Source of the DNA: Planctomycetota bacterium
GTDB lineage: Bacteria; Planctomycetota; GCA-002687715; DRQF01
NCBI GenBank assembly: GCA_027001995.1
Contig: JALTLO010000176.1
Span: 3,750 to 29,127 of the forward strand
Length of the DNA: 25,378 nucleotides
Direction of reading: 5' to 3'
Shown: positions 7,812 through 17,086 of the stretch, in pieces
How the letters are laid out: every line of letters begins with the position of its first letter
How positions within the stretch are numbered: position 1 is the stretch's first letter
Made by a program: the position numbers and the translations under genes
Notes under the pieces: generated by a model
The model's database searches: none
Seen by the model: only the letters and a program-made list of their open reading frames with translations
Told to the model about the DNA's origin: nothing

Positions 7812-10800
7812 CGATGAACCCTCTGCAATAGTTGCTGGTAACGTCCCGACATTTCTTCCACATTATCGGCAATTGGCTTCACGACACCTGGGTTGCTACC
7901 CAGCTTTTGGACGAGGCTAGGGTCCTGAACGAAACGCATCAATTTCTTGCGTAGGTCGGCGGAGTCTCCCAATTTGAAATGAAAACCCCCAACGCCGTCT
8001 TTCACCAACTCTGCCATTCCTCCTCGATCGGAGACCACCAACGGAACCCCTGCCAACCATGCTTCGTGAATAGTCAGTGGCGAGTTCTCAAACCATAGAG
8101 AAGGCACAATGAGAACGTCGATGTTGGCCAAAACCTCAGCGATACGAGCGTTGTCGAAACGCCCCATAATCTTAGTTGCAGGGTTCTTAATGAGAGGGAT
8201 GAGGCGCTGCTTATAGTCAGCGAAGGTCTCAATGTCGCCCCAGATCTGCAACTCAACATTGTCAGCAACGATGTCATTCATGGCTTCTACCAAAACGTGG
8301 ACGCCTTTGTACTCAGCAATCGTACCAACAAAGCCGAATCTGAGTGTCGCTGAATCTTGGTGCACAAAACCGGAGAAAGGTGTCAGGTCAAACCCGTTAT
8401 CAGAATGAACGATCTGATTTGGCCGAATCATGCCATAGTCAATAAATTTTTGGCGCAAGAAAGAGCTCGGCGAGATGAAGAGATCGACGCCTACAATTCT
8501 CTCCTTAATGAATTCTAAGCGCTTAGCTGCAGCAGCAGCAAAGGCCGCTCGGTTCTCTCCAACCAACTCGCTCGGAACACGCGGACCGGCATATCCTTCA
8601 AACGCCCGTTTCAAATTAGCTGGTAAAAGATCAGCTACCCGATCCGTCGCCCGGCGTTTAGAACTCTGTCCATAATCTTCAGCCAGTTTTTGATGACAAA
8701 TACAATCGGCACAAAGCGAGGGATCAGGAAATTCACAGATTGTCATGTCTTCCCGAAGAAGCTGCCCACCACGGGCACACATGAGCATGAATTCGTGAAG
8801 CGTGTAGACAACCGGAAGCCCACGTTTCTTCGCCAAGGGTATGAAGTTGAAGGAGAAATAATGCAAATGCTGAAAGTGAACCAAATCCGGTTCAAACTGA
8901 TCTAAGACATCCGAAAATATTTCTTCCATGCGCGGGTCGTGATAGGTCTCTTCAAAGTTCTCCCACTCATAGTTGTGGACTACTTCGGTGAAGGGCAGGC
9001 CATTGTAGTTGCCAGCACTCACATGATATCGCGGAAGCTCATGACGGGCTTCACAGAACAAGAGGTGAACATCATATTCGGCCTGCAACCCTTTGGCCAA
9101 ATTGTAGGTATAAATTTCGGTGCCAGCGTTGTGCTTCGGCAAGAAGTCATGAACGATAAACAGGATACGCTTACGACTACGATTGGTCTTGGGTTTCAGG
9201 CGTTTTGACAAACCACGAACGCGGCTCTTGAATTTCCGGGCCACATCGGAAGCCTTGGGACGGTTAGAGCCTCCCCCTTTGCTTAGCTGTGCCAGTCGTG
9301 TTTCATAGTCGTCGATACGCAAAACCAAATCACCCAGGACCTCGTCACGCTCGCGAATAAGGTCATGCAGTCGACCGTGATTGGCCACCACCAAGTCTAA
9401 AAGCCGATCAATTGGCTGTTCTTTCAAATCATCGTCGCAGACCTCTTCGGCAATCGGCACAAGATGTCCTTGAATCGCGGCCGTTAGCTCATCCTGGGCC
9501 CGATCCAAGCTCTTCACTTCAAGGAGCGCCTTGTCGAGGGCATCCCGAGTCAACTCACACAACTGGGTTTGGCCTTCGACTTCGGCCATCAAGTTGTCAC
9601 GTAATGCCTTCAAACGTTGACAAAGCTGTGCCAGATCTTCTTGCTCATGCTCAGCGAGTTGAACAGAATTTTCTGCCAGCTCTGCCTTCTTTCTGAGAGC
9701 ATCGATTTCTCTAAGAAGTTCTCTGCGAGCATTCTCCTTAGACTGCAACTCGTCCGTGAGTTCAAGACATTTGTTATCTGAGTCCAACGTTTGGCGCCTC
9801 AAGCCACGCAAGTCTGCCTCCAATCGAGCCCGCTCTTCGGCTTCGCGATTGAGTCGTTTCTCCAGATTCTCCCGCTTTGACTGAGTTTCCTTCAGCTCAG
9901 CAGTCAGTTTCTCTCCCTGGGCAGCATGGTCCAATGCTGACTGCGTCACAACCTTGAGTTCCTCTTCGAGACAAGTCCGAAGTTCCTCATGATCTTGCAC
10001 ACTCTTCAGCAGGGACTCACGGGCCTCTTTCCCCGCAGTCAAACCCCGCCTGGCCTCATGGAGCTCTTGACGGGTGTTGTCCAACTCAAGCCTCAACTCA
10101 TCGGTCGATCGCTTGTACTGCTCAAGATGGTTATTTAATTCCGCAACAACTTCTTCACCTTCTTCTCGCCGATAAGACTGAAAGGCGTCTTTCTCGATCA
10201 AGAGGTTGCGAACTTTCTCCAACTCACGGTCTTTTTCTTTGAGTGTCTTTGTCAAGAGACCGAGACTCGCGTTGAACTCATCAAGAATTTCATCGCGCTT
10301 TTCCAAAAGGCCATCCCGCTCTTCAAGCTCTTGTTTGAGTGCCTGGCTTTGCTCGCTTTCTCCATCTGCCCGCCCTCGCAGATCATAAAGTCGTTCATCC
10401 CGAGCCCGGAGGGTTCTTTGAATCAAAGTCGCCCGTTTGAGCCCCGACCCAAAGCGTTCAGCAGAAGGCAAGACAAACTCATCCAACACCCAATGATAGA
10501 TGTCGAGGATTTCGTCCATGTGAGCATCGAGGGATGGCAAATCAGGAATAGCTCGCCTGGCAACTTCTAACTGTTCAGGCCGATCAAGAAAGCCTTGCAG
10601 TCGACTCCCTAAGTCGGAAGCGTCCTCTGACTGAAAAGTACAGAGGGGTGAACCGCAGCGTTCTGCTGGTGCCCCACGATCAGGAACAAGAGCTGGGATA
10701 TTTCGCTCCCATGCTTCATCGACCGTGAATGAATAACTCTCCAAAGCAATGGACGGAAAGACTGCCAAGTCATAATGGTCAGGGATATCCCCGGGCTTGA

Positions 10801-11698
10801 ATGCCCCGCGAAAAGAAACGTCTAGGCCTTCCGCCAAGCTATAGAGACGATCAACGTAGCTTTTTGCAGCCCCGTCCAAAGCCCCCCAGATGTCGACAGA
10901 AAACGCTGCTGGATCCAGAGTTCTCTTAACCGCTTCCAAGAGTAGGTGGACACCTTTAATGGCTTGGATCCCACCCCAGTAGGCCAAAGACAGTCTGCCA
11001 CCAATTTTCTTGGTGGGGGGATTCGGCTGGACTCTTGAATAGAGCCGCGGATGAGGAAGCACTTCAATTTTATTGGCGATGTGGGGATGGTAGCTTTCGA
11101 TCACATCCCGCAATGCCAATGACGGCGCCAAAACTGCGGTGGCCAAATCTAGTTCACGAGACATTTCTGCCCGATAGGACTCGATGCGCCCAGCAATTTC
11201 CTCGTCGTCTTGAAACCAAAACCTCTCCACACAGCTTTGGCAGTTCTCAGCGATGGGATCTCTTAGACAGTAAGAATCTTCTCGCACTCGAAAAGTGCGC
11301 GCACAGGTGGTGGCCGTGTCATGAAGCGTTAAGACTGAAGGAATCCCCATAGATGAGGCCACTTCAACCAGGCGATTCGACAACCGGCGCCAATGATGAA
11401 CATGAATGAGGTCAGGCTTGAGATGGTCCAAAAGCTCCCGAATGAGGACTTCGGCCTCAGGATTCGAGGCCTGATACCAAGATTCCAAGTAAAGACCACT
11501 ACGATGCAAACGATAGACCGGAACCGGCCCAGAGCCGTTTCTTTCGACAGTGGCAACCTCTCGCCCCTCCTCTGAGCCAGAAACCACGGCGACGGTATGC
11601 CCTTGAGCCGCTAAACGAGCCAAAAGAGCATCCACGTATTGCTCCGTCCCGCCAGAATGACGGGGAAACCAACCATGGACGAAATGAAGGATCTTCAT
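7808..11698 (-). CDS. Tandem glycosyltransferase: GT4 - long coiled coil - GT4
   Basis: Two complete GT4 domains. The first is aa 1 to about 405 (MKILHFVH..GGTE..FPSIALESYSFTVDEA). The second is aa about 842-1296 (ILFIVHDFLP..AGTE..VPSLWFENSPLTIHEA). They are separated by an E/L/K/R/Q/A-rich heptad-like region at about 10440-9285. Confidence 0.9.
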   Translation of the reverse strand: MKILHFVHGWFPRHSGGTEQYVDALLARLAAQGHTVAVVSGSEEGREVATVERNGSGPVPVYRLHRSGLYLESWYQASNPEAEVLIRELLDHLKPDLIHVHHWRRLSNRLVEVASSMGIPSVLTLHDTATTCARTFRVREDSYCLRDPIAENCQSCVERFWFQDDEEIAGRIESYRAEMSRELDLATAVLAPSLALRDVIESYHPHIANKIEVLPHPRLYSRVQPNPPTKKIGGRLSLAYWGGIQAIKGVHLLLEAVKRTLDPAAFSVDIWGALDGAAKSYVDRLYSLAEGLDVSFRGAFKPGDIPDHYDLAVFPSIALESYSFTVDEAWERNIPALVPDRGAPAERCGSPLCTFQSEDASDLGSRLQGFLDRPEQLEVARRAIPDLPSLDAHMDEILDIYHWVLDEFVLPSAERFGSGLKRATLIQRTLRARDERLYDLRGRADGESEQSQALKQELEERDGLLEKRDEILDEFNASLGLLTKTLKEKDRELEKVRNLLIEKDAFQSYRREEGEEVVAELNNHLEQYKRSTDELRLELDNTRQELHEARRGLTAGKEARESLLKSVQDHEELRTCLEEELKVVTQSALDHAAQGEKLTAELKETQSKRENLEKRLNREAEERARLEADLRGLRRQTLDSDNKCLELTDELQSKENARRELLREIDALRKKAELAENSVQLAEHEQEDLAQLCQRLKALRDNLMAEVEGQTQLCELTRDALDKALLEVKSLDRAQDELTAAIQGHLVPIAEEVCDDDLKEQPIDRLLDLVVANHGRLHDLIRERDEVLGDLVLRIDDYETRLAQLSKGGGSNRPKASDVARKFKSRVRGLSKRLKPKTNRSRKRILFIVHDFLPKHNAGTEIYTYNLAKGLQAEYDVHLLFCEARHELPRYHVSAGNYNGLPFTEVVHNYEWENFEETYHDPRMEEIFSDVLDQFEPDLVHFQHLHYFSFNFIPLAKKRGLPVVYTLHEFMLMCARGGQLLREDMTICEFPDPSLCADCICHQKLAEDYGQSSKRRATDRVADLLPANLKRAFEGYAGPRVPSELVGENRAAFAAAAAKRLEFIKERIVGVDLFISPSSFLRQKFIDYGMIRPNQIVHSDNGFDLTPFSGFVHQDSATLRFGFVGTIAEYKGVHVLVEAMNDIVADNVELQIWGDIETFADYKQRLIPLIKNPATKIMGRFDNARIAEVLANIDVLIVPSLWFENSPLTIHEAWLAGVPLVVSDRGGMAELVKDGVGGFHFKLGDSADLRKKLMRFVQDPSLVQKLGSNPGVVKPIADNVEEMSGRYQQLLQRVHR

Positions 11699-11736
11699 GA
11701 AGCGATTCCGAAGCGAAAAGACTGTCTCAAGGCCAC

Positions 11737-11765
11737 ATTATGACCGTTTTCACCCCAACTGCCAA
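11737..11765 (-). promoter_or_regulatory. Putative sigma70-type promoter for the block B operon
   Basis: Minus strand TTGGCA (11765-11760), 17-nt spacer, CATAAT (11742-11737), ending 38 nt upstream of ATG 11698. Confidence 0.5.
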
Positions 11766-12220
11766 ACCGGAATCTTTCGAGAAAAAGAAGACAAAACCAA
11801 AGAAAGAACTCAGGATTGTCAAAAGGGAACTGCGATCTCCAGAATCGCGGCAACTATGAACGAACTCACTCCAAATCGACGATTATTCTCGAACCCCCTT
11901 GGGGATTGATGGGCGCTGAGAAACCCACTCCATGTTAGCCGTGCTCGTGGTGACCAAGAAAGCACTCAAGCTCCCCCTGGCGGTGCCTCAGCCAAGATTG
12001 CGAGTCCGGAAGGAATGCACAAGATTGCCACCCACGACGATCCCGTGGAAAACTGGCTTCACGATCTCTCAGAGACGGGTGGTACAACTTTCCTTCCACC
12101 ATACGCAATCCCTCAGCCTTCCCACGACTGCTTTCTTGGCAATTGTCGGTGTTTCGAAGCCTTGCGAACGACGGCAAATGTGTGTCTAATCTGTTGCCAC
12201 CGGAATTTGGAGAGGATCTC

Positions 12221-15013
12221 ATGAGTATCGATGACGAAATCACCAAACCCATAGGCAAGGGCGAAGGAAAAGAGCCAAACCAGTCCACCAACGACTCCGC
12301 TGCCACGTTTCATTTCGAATCTAATGGCCTGAGCATGGGTTTGACTGGCAAGCGCATCGGACATTACAAGTTAGAGCGGGAACTTGGGCATGGTGGGCAG
12401 GGTTATGTCTATTTGGCCGAAGACACGAGAAATCAACGGCAAGTGGCATTAAAAGTGTTGCTGACTGCAGCGCACATGTCCACTGCCGCAAAGATCCGTT
12501 TTCAAAGAGAAGCGGAAGCTGCAGCTAAGCTGGACCATTCCGGCATTGCTCAGGTCTTTGAAGTTGGCGAGCATGACGGCTTGGCCTTCATTGCATTTGA
12601 ATATGTGAACGGTAAGAACTTATCTGATCATATCGGCGAGTTTGGGCTGAGCACTAAGAGCGACCACGGCACAAGGGAAACGCTCTTCGACTTCGAGGAT
12701 GAAGACAGAGAGCCCCAATCCCAACCGATGAATGCAGATTCTGACACCTCGTCTGCGAAAAGGGGCGCCATCATGTGCGCCGTTCGCTATATCGAAAGTG
12801 CAGCCCGTGCTCTCCATGCAGCGCATGAAACAGGCCTCATCCACAGAGACGTCAAACCCGCCAATCTCATGGTTCGTGAAGACGGTTCAGCTTGCATCTT
12901 GGACTTCGGATTGGCGAAGGACGAAGAATCCCAAGACATGACACTTACGCAATCTGGCGACCTGGTGGGGACTCCAGCCTACATGTCGCCAGAACAACTT
13001 TTAGCACACAGGTTAAAGTTAGACCGAAGAACAGACATTTACTCTCTTGGGGTTACTCTCTTCGAGGCCTGCGCATTGCGAAGACCCTTCGTCGGCACCA
13101 ATCGCCAAGAACTCTATCAAGCCATCTCACAACAAGAACCCCCTGACCCCCGAACGATCAACCCGGCAATACCCAAGAATCTCTCTGACATCATTTTAAC
13201 CGCCATCGATAGAGATCGAAACCGTCGCTATCCGACTGCGCTCAAGTTTGCCGAAGATTTGCGGCGGTTCAGAGAATCGGAACCTGTCGAAGCTCGCCCC
13301 GTTGGCGCTATTGTGAAAGCACAACGGTGGATACGAAGGAACCGAATTGTGGCGGCGTCGGTTTCGATAGTCTTCATCGCTTTGGCTTCCATGACTGGCA
13401 TTTTCTACCTAAAAGAACAAGACGCTCGGGAGTCCCGAGACTTAGCGCGGTCGGAAGCGAAAAAGAAAACAATCGCGCTGAAACGCGAAGAAAGAGCCCT
13501 CGAGGAAAAAACGGCAGCACTCGCCTCAGAAAAGGCGGCGGTAGCCGATTTTGAAAGGATGGCAGATGTGAAACGGCTCCAAGAAGCAACGGCACTCGCG
13601 GAGAAACTCTGGCCTGCTCGCCCAAACAAGGTATTCGATTGTAGCAATTGGCTCAAGAAATATGATGCGCTTTCGAGATCTCTCCTCGAGCACCAGGCCG
13701 CTCTGAATCGTCTCAGATTGGACGCTCTTCCCTACACAGAATCGGATCGCGCGAAAGACTACGCCAACGAGCTAGACCGACGCAGAGACATTCTCGATAT
13801 TCAGAAAAAGACCCGAGCAAAACTTGTGCGGGCCAAGAGTGACGCTGGCAAAAGAGGTTTCGCGAAGACTTTGAGCAAGATCACAGAAGACCTCGCTCTC
13901 TTGAATGCCAAGATTGCCGAACAAGGATCGTGGCGGTTTGGGGACCACGTGAAACAATGGAAGCATGATGTATTGACAGAGTTGGTGGGCGGCTTGGAAA
14001 CATTCACAAACACGAAAACTGGAACCTATAGCGATGTCAAGAAACGACTCATCGCGGCCAGAACAATTGAGCAACTTACCGTCACCGACCATAGAGCCAC
14101 ATGGACTAAGACCATAACTGCTATTGCGACATCGAAGAATTACGATGGACTGACGATACGGCCACAGATTGGCCTCGTTCCTTTGGGGGTGGACCCCGCG
14201 TCAAGACTATTCGAGTTTCTTCACTTGGAGACCCATGAAGGACCAATTCCAATACGCGACAAAGACGGCCACATTCCAATGACCGGAAAGACCGGCATTG
14301 TCTTGGTTCTTATTCCTAAAGGACAATTTTGGATGGGTTCCCAAAAGACAAATCCCAACGGTCAAAATTTCGACCCTGATTCTCAAAATGCCGAAGATCT
14401 GCAAAGAATTACCATTGAGGCTCCATTCTTTATGTCCAAATTCGAGATGACCCAAGGGCAATGGCAGCGGGCGCCAGTCGATAACAAGTCTCCAAGCTAC
14501 TACGGCGTTGGCTGGAACTATAAGGGACACAAGAAGGCTGTTAGCCTCCTCAACCCGGTAGAGCAAGTATCGTGGACCATGTGCACTGAAGTATTGTTTC
14601 GTCTTGGACTTGAGCTCCCCACCCAAGAGCAATGGGAATATGCGGCTCGTGCCGGATCATCGTCAATTTGGGGTGGCGACGCAAACGAAATGAGCAAGAT
14701 TCCTCTCTTTGGCAATATCGCTGCCAAAGAGACACAGGGCCTCTTCAGCGCTTTGGAGCCATCCATTGAAGACGGTTACATCATTCATTCACCAATTGGC
14801 GCCTTCCAAGCCAATGATTTTGGACTCCATGACGTTGTCGGCAATGTCTGGGAATGGACATCAACCACTTCTAATTCTTCTCGCTATGTACTTCGCGGTG
14901 GCAGCTTCAATGACATCGCACTCATCAACCGTATGTCAAACCGGGATTACGGAACCGAGGGACAACGACTCAACACCCTGGGACTGCGTCCCGCATGTCC
15001 GGTCCAACAGTAA
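12221..15013 (+). CDS. Hanks-type Ser/Thr protein kinase with TM helix, helical linker and C-terminal FGE-sulfatase (SUMF1, C-type lectin fold) domain
   Basis: Kinase motifs LGHGGQGYVY, VALK, HRDVKPAN, DFGLA, GTPAYMSPE and DIYSLG. TM segment IVAASVSIVFIALASMTGIFYL. FGE motifs FWMGS, PVEQVSW, LPTQEQWEYAARAG, NDFGLHDVVGNVWEW, RGGSF and LGLR. ATG 12221 is preferred over 12143 because GGAGAGGA lies just upstream. Confidence 0.92.
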   Translation: MSIDDEITKPIGKGEGKEPNQSTNDSAATFHFESNGLSMGLTGKRIGHYKLERELGHGGQGYVYLAEDTRNQRQVALKVLLTAAHMSTAAKIRFQREAEAAAKLDHSGIAQVFEVGEHDGLAFIAFEYVNGKNLSDHIGEFGLSTKSDHGTRETLFDFEDEDREPQSQPMNADSDTSSAKRGAIMCAVRYIESAARALHAAHETGLIHRDVKPANLMVREDGSACILDFGLAKDEESQDMTLTQSGDLVGTPAYMSPEQLLAHRLKLDRRTDIYSLGVTLFEACALRRPFVGTNRQELYQAISQQEPPDPRTINPAIPKNLSDIILTAIDRDRNRRYPTALKFAEDLRRFRESEPVEARPVGAIVKAQRWIRRNRIVAASVSIVFIALASMTGIFYLKEQDARESRDLARSEAKKKTIALKREERALEEKTAALASEKAAVADFERMADVKRLQEATALAEKLWPARPNKVFDCSNWLKKYDALSRSLLEHQAALNRLRLDALPYTESDRAKDYANELDRRRDILDIQKKTRAKLVRAKSDAGKRGFAKTLSKITEDLALLNAKIAEQGSWRFGDHVKQWKHDVLTELVGGLETFTNTKTGTYSDVKKRLIAARTIEQLTVTDHRATWTKTITAIATSKNYDGLTIRPQIGLVPLGVDPASRLFEFLHLETHEGPIPIRDKDGHIPMTGKTGIVLVLIPKGQFWMGSQKTNPNGQNFDPDSQNAEDLQRITIEAPFFMSKFEMTQGQWQRAPVDNKSPSYYGVGWNYKGHKKAVSLLNPVEQVSWTMCTEVLFRLGLELPTQEQWEYAARAGSSSIWGGDANEMSKIPLFGNIAAKETQGLFSALEPSIEDGYIIHSPIGAFQANDFGLHDVVGNVWEWTSTTSNSSRYVLRGGSFNDIALINRMSNRDYGTEGQRLNTLGLRPACPVQQ

Positions 15014-15962
15014 TAGAAGGCTTTGTCGGCCCCTTGCCTACGCATCACCTCCAATTGTCAATGCTGGTTCCCACCCGCCATTCGTTGTCGTTCACTCTTG
15101 CCGTCTCGGCACACCATGAATTGCTAGCACCGATGAGGACAAGACTAGAGAAAAAGGAATCCCCAGATTCCCATTGTTGCGGAAGCACGGGGAAAGTCCA
15201 TGATCGTTTGTGTTGATGGGCGCAGCAACCTGAGCCTTACTCTTCCCCTGGGCGATCACAACTTTGAAGAAACTGCTGGGGCCCAAGCAAATACCACGAC
15301 AGGAGCAACATGGGATGAAACTTGTGTCCCAGTGGCGCACGTTCGCAATTCCGAATCACAGCGTGGACAACTCATTCCTGGAGGAATAGCTACGACCGAT
15401 TGGGGGCAAGTTTGACGCCACTTTCCATACTAAATTGCGCCGTACCCGACATCCTCGCCATGAAACAGGGGTAGACAGCGCTCAGATTGCGTCTTCTATA
15501 GAGAATCCCTGGCGGTAACAGCTGCGGTTCTTGCGGTCTTTATCCAAAGGGCCGCCACAACGGGGACAACCCATGTTGGCTTCATGAGTCCGAGATACGA
15601 CAACGACGAGTCTCTGTCCTCACAGGCAGAGCAATTCTGCTCCAAGTTCATGATTCGTGACATCATATTGACGAGCACAGTCCAAACAGGCACTTAGTCT
15701 CACCGATGTTTGTCCTCCCGACGATTCTACTTCAGAAGCGTCATACTTTATTTAAGGTCCATCGCCAATATAGACCCACTGGTAGATATTCCGATCTCGT
15801 CTTCTTCACCGCAGAAGCAATACGGAACCAGGTCTAATTCCGCTGTTCTGTCTTCTGGCCAGTGAGTCCGCAGTCTTGGACAAGGGATACCTAATCCTGT
15901 AGGGTTCCATACTTGGGAACGCTGGGTCATGGGTTCAGCATTCAGTCAAGGGAGACGTTGTT

Positions 15963-16514
15963 GTGGCCAAATCAATGCAGACTTGGATTGCACTCTTTCG
16001 AGGCATCAATGTTGGCGGCAAGAACATTCTTCCGATGGCCGAACTCCGGCAGATTCTCGAATCACTGGGGTTAGAGAATGTACGCACCTACATTCAAAGT
16101 GGGAACGTGTTGTTTGATTCAAGAGCTAGATTGGCTTCGCCCCTTGGCAAGAAAATCTCGCGTTGCATCGAAGCACAAAAGGGCTTTCGCCCAGAAATTC
16201 TCCTACTTACCCCCAAGGGACTACAGGACGCGGTGAAATCCAATCCTTTTGCTAAGGCAGTTTCTGACCCGCAGACTCTCCATTTCCTTTTTCTTGCCGA
16301 GCCAGCCTCCAACTTTGATAGCGAAGCTGTAGAAGCGGTGAAGTCTCAGTCAGAAGAATTTCGATTGACCGAGAAAGTGTTCTATCTTCACGCTCCAGAT
16401 GGGATCGGGCGTTCAAGACTTGCGGCCAAAGTTGAGAAACTTCTTGGCATACGTGCGACAGGGAGAAACTTTCGGACTGTTGAGAAGATCTTGGCAATGG
16501 TGTCTGACAGCTGA
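15963..16514 (+). CDS. DUF1697 family protein
   Basis: Signature IALFRGINVGGKN..PMAELR...NVRTYIQSGNV and C-terminal TGRNFRTV. GGAG lies 8 nt before GTG 15963; alternative start ATG 15975. Confidence 0.88.
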   Translation: MAKSMQTWIALFRGINVGGKNILPMAELRQILESLGLENVRTYIQSGNVLFDSRARLASPLGKKISRCIEAQKGFRPEILLLTPKGLQDAVKSNPFAKAVSDPQTLHFLFLAEPASNFDSEAVEAVKSQSEEFRLTEKVFYLHAPDGIGRSRLAAKVEKLLGIRATGRNFRTVEKILAMVSDS

Positions 16515-16652
16515 CCATTGGACTATCAAAGTGCTGGCCTGCGAATGAGGCTGTCTAGACTTGCGAATGCTGCCTTTGAGGGTTGGGCCTTCAGGACTTC
16601 GCATTGGTGTTTCAAAACTTGGTCTCGAAGATGTATTTATTTCATAGATGAC

Positions 16653-16727
16653 GGCACCTAGGGTGCCAAGAAGGGTGGGGATTCCACCTCCAAACCCCCG
16701 AGGTTTGAGAGGCATACCTCGGATGCC
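16653..16727. repeat. Cluster of four adjacent short inverted repeats (structured RNA, palindromic element or terminator region)
   Basis: GGCACC-tag-GGTGCC (16653-16667), GGTGG-ggatt-CCACC (16674-16688), CAAACC-cccga-GGTTTG (16691-16707) and GGCAT-acctcgg-ATGCC (16711-16727), lying between convergent genes. Confidence 0.6.
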
Positions 16728-16846
16728 GACAGCCAAGATAAATGAGGCCAGCTGCCAACCGAACCTCAAAGACCGTGGCGAAAAAAGTTCGAATTGCCCT
16801 TAAGAACTTGGCTGCTGACACCTCTCAGGGCATGAGGCCACTGTAA

Positions 16847-17086
16847 CTATCGCAGCGCTTCATCAACTGTCTTGGCCGCCGACACCCGTTTCAAATAGAT
16901 GACCAATTGATCGAGGTTGGCGTCGTCAATCTTACGATTCTGCTCGACGGTTATCCGGGGAAAACGCGAGTTTAGAATAATTCGAAGCGCTTTGGCCGTG
17001 GCTTCCGCGCGGCCTTCCTCACGGCCTTCCTCTCGCCCCTGGACTCGGCCTTCTTCTCTGAGTTTTTGGCCTGTTGTCTTGATCAA
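16847..17086 (-). CDS. Putative intragenic small Rpn product (Rpn-S antitoxin-like, 79 aa), in frame within the Rpn gene
   Basis: Minus strand GGAGGT (17099-17094), 7 nt, then in-frame TTG (17086-17084), giving (M)IKTTGQKLREEGRVQGREEG..., the position at which Rpn-S proteins begin. Confidence 0.6.
   Translation of the reverse strand: MIKTTGQKLREEGRVQGREEGREEGRAEATAKALRIILNSRFPRITVEQNRKIDDANLDQLVIYLKRVSAAKTVDEALR

Noticed and set aside
9285..10440. SMC/chromosome-segregation protein call for the coiled-coil region
   Set aside because: There are no Walker A/B or hinge motifs, and the coil is flanked by GT4 domains. Any such similarity would be generic coiled-coil composition.
11780..12140. 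Short direct repeats (CAAGATTGC twice, CCCACGAC twice) and small ORFs in the divergent intergenic region
   Set aside because: They are 8-9 nt long, irregularly spaced and compatible with chance. This is not a CRISPR array or iteron set.
12162..12190. TTGCGA-N17-TCTAAT as the kinase promoter
   Set aside because: Spacing and position fit, but the -10 element lacks the highly conserved second-position A, so it is too weak to call.
15748..15930. 60-aa ORF containing IGISTSGS, similar to the GmhA/SIS motif ISTSGNS
   Set aside because: The match is only a few residues and the surrounding sequence does not resemble GmhA, so it is likely chance.
14860..16846. Complete diversity-generating retroelement
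   Set aside because: I found no AAC-rich template repeat matching the kinase 3' end and no reverse transcriptase ORF in the window. Only the remote-target possibility is kept.
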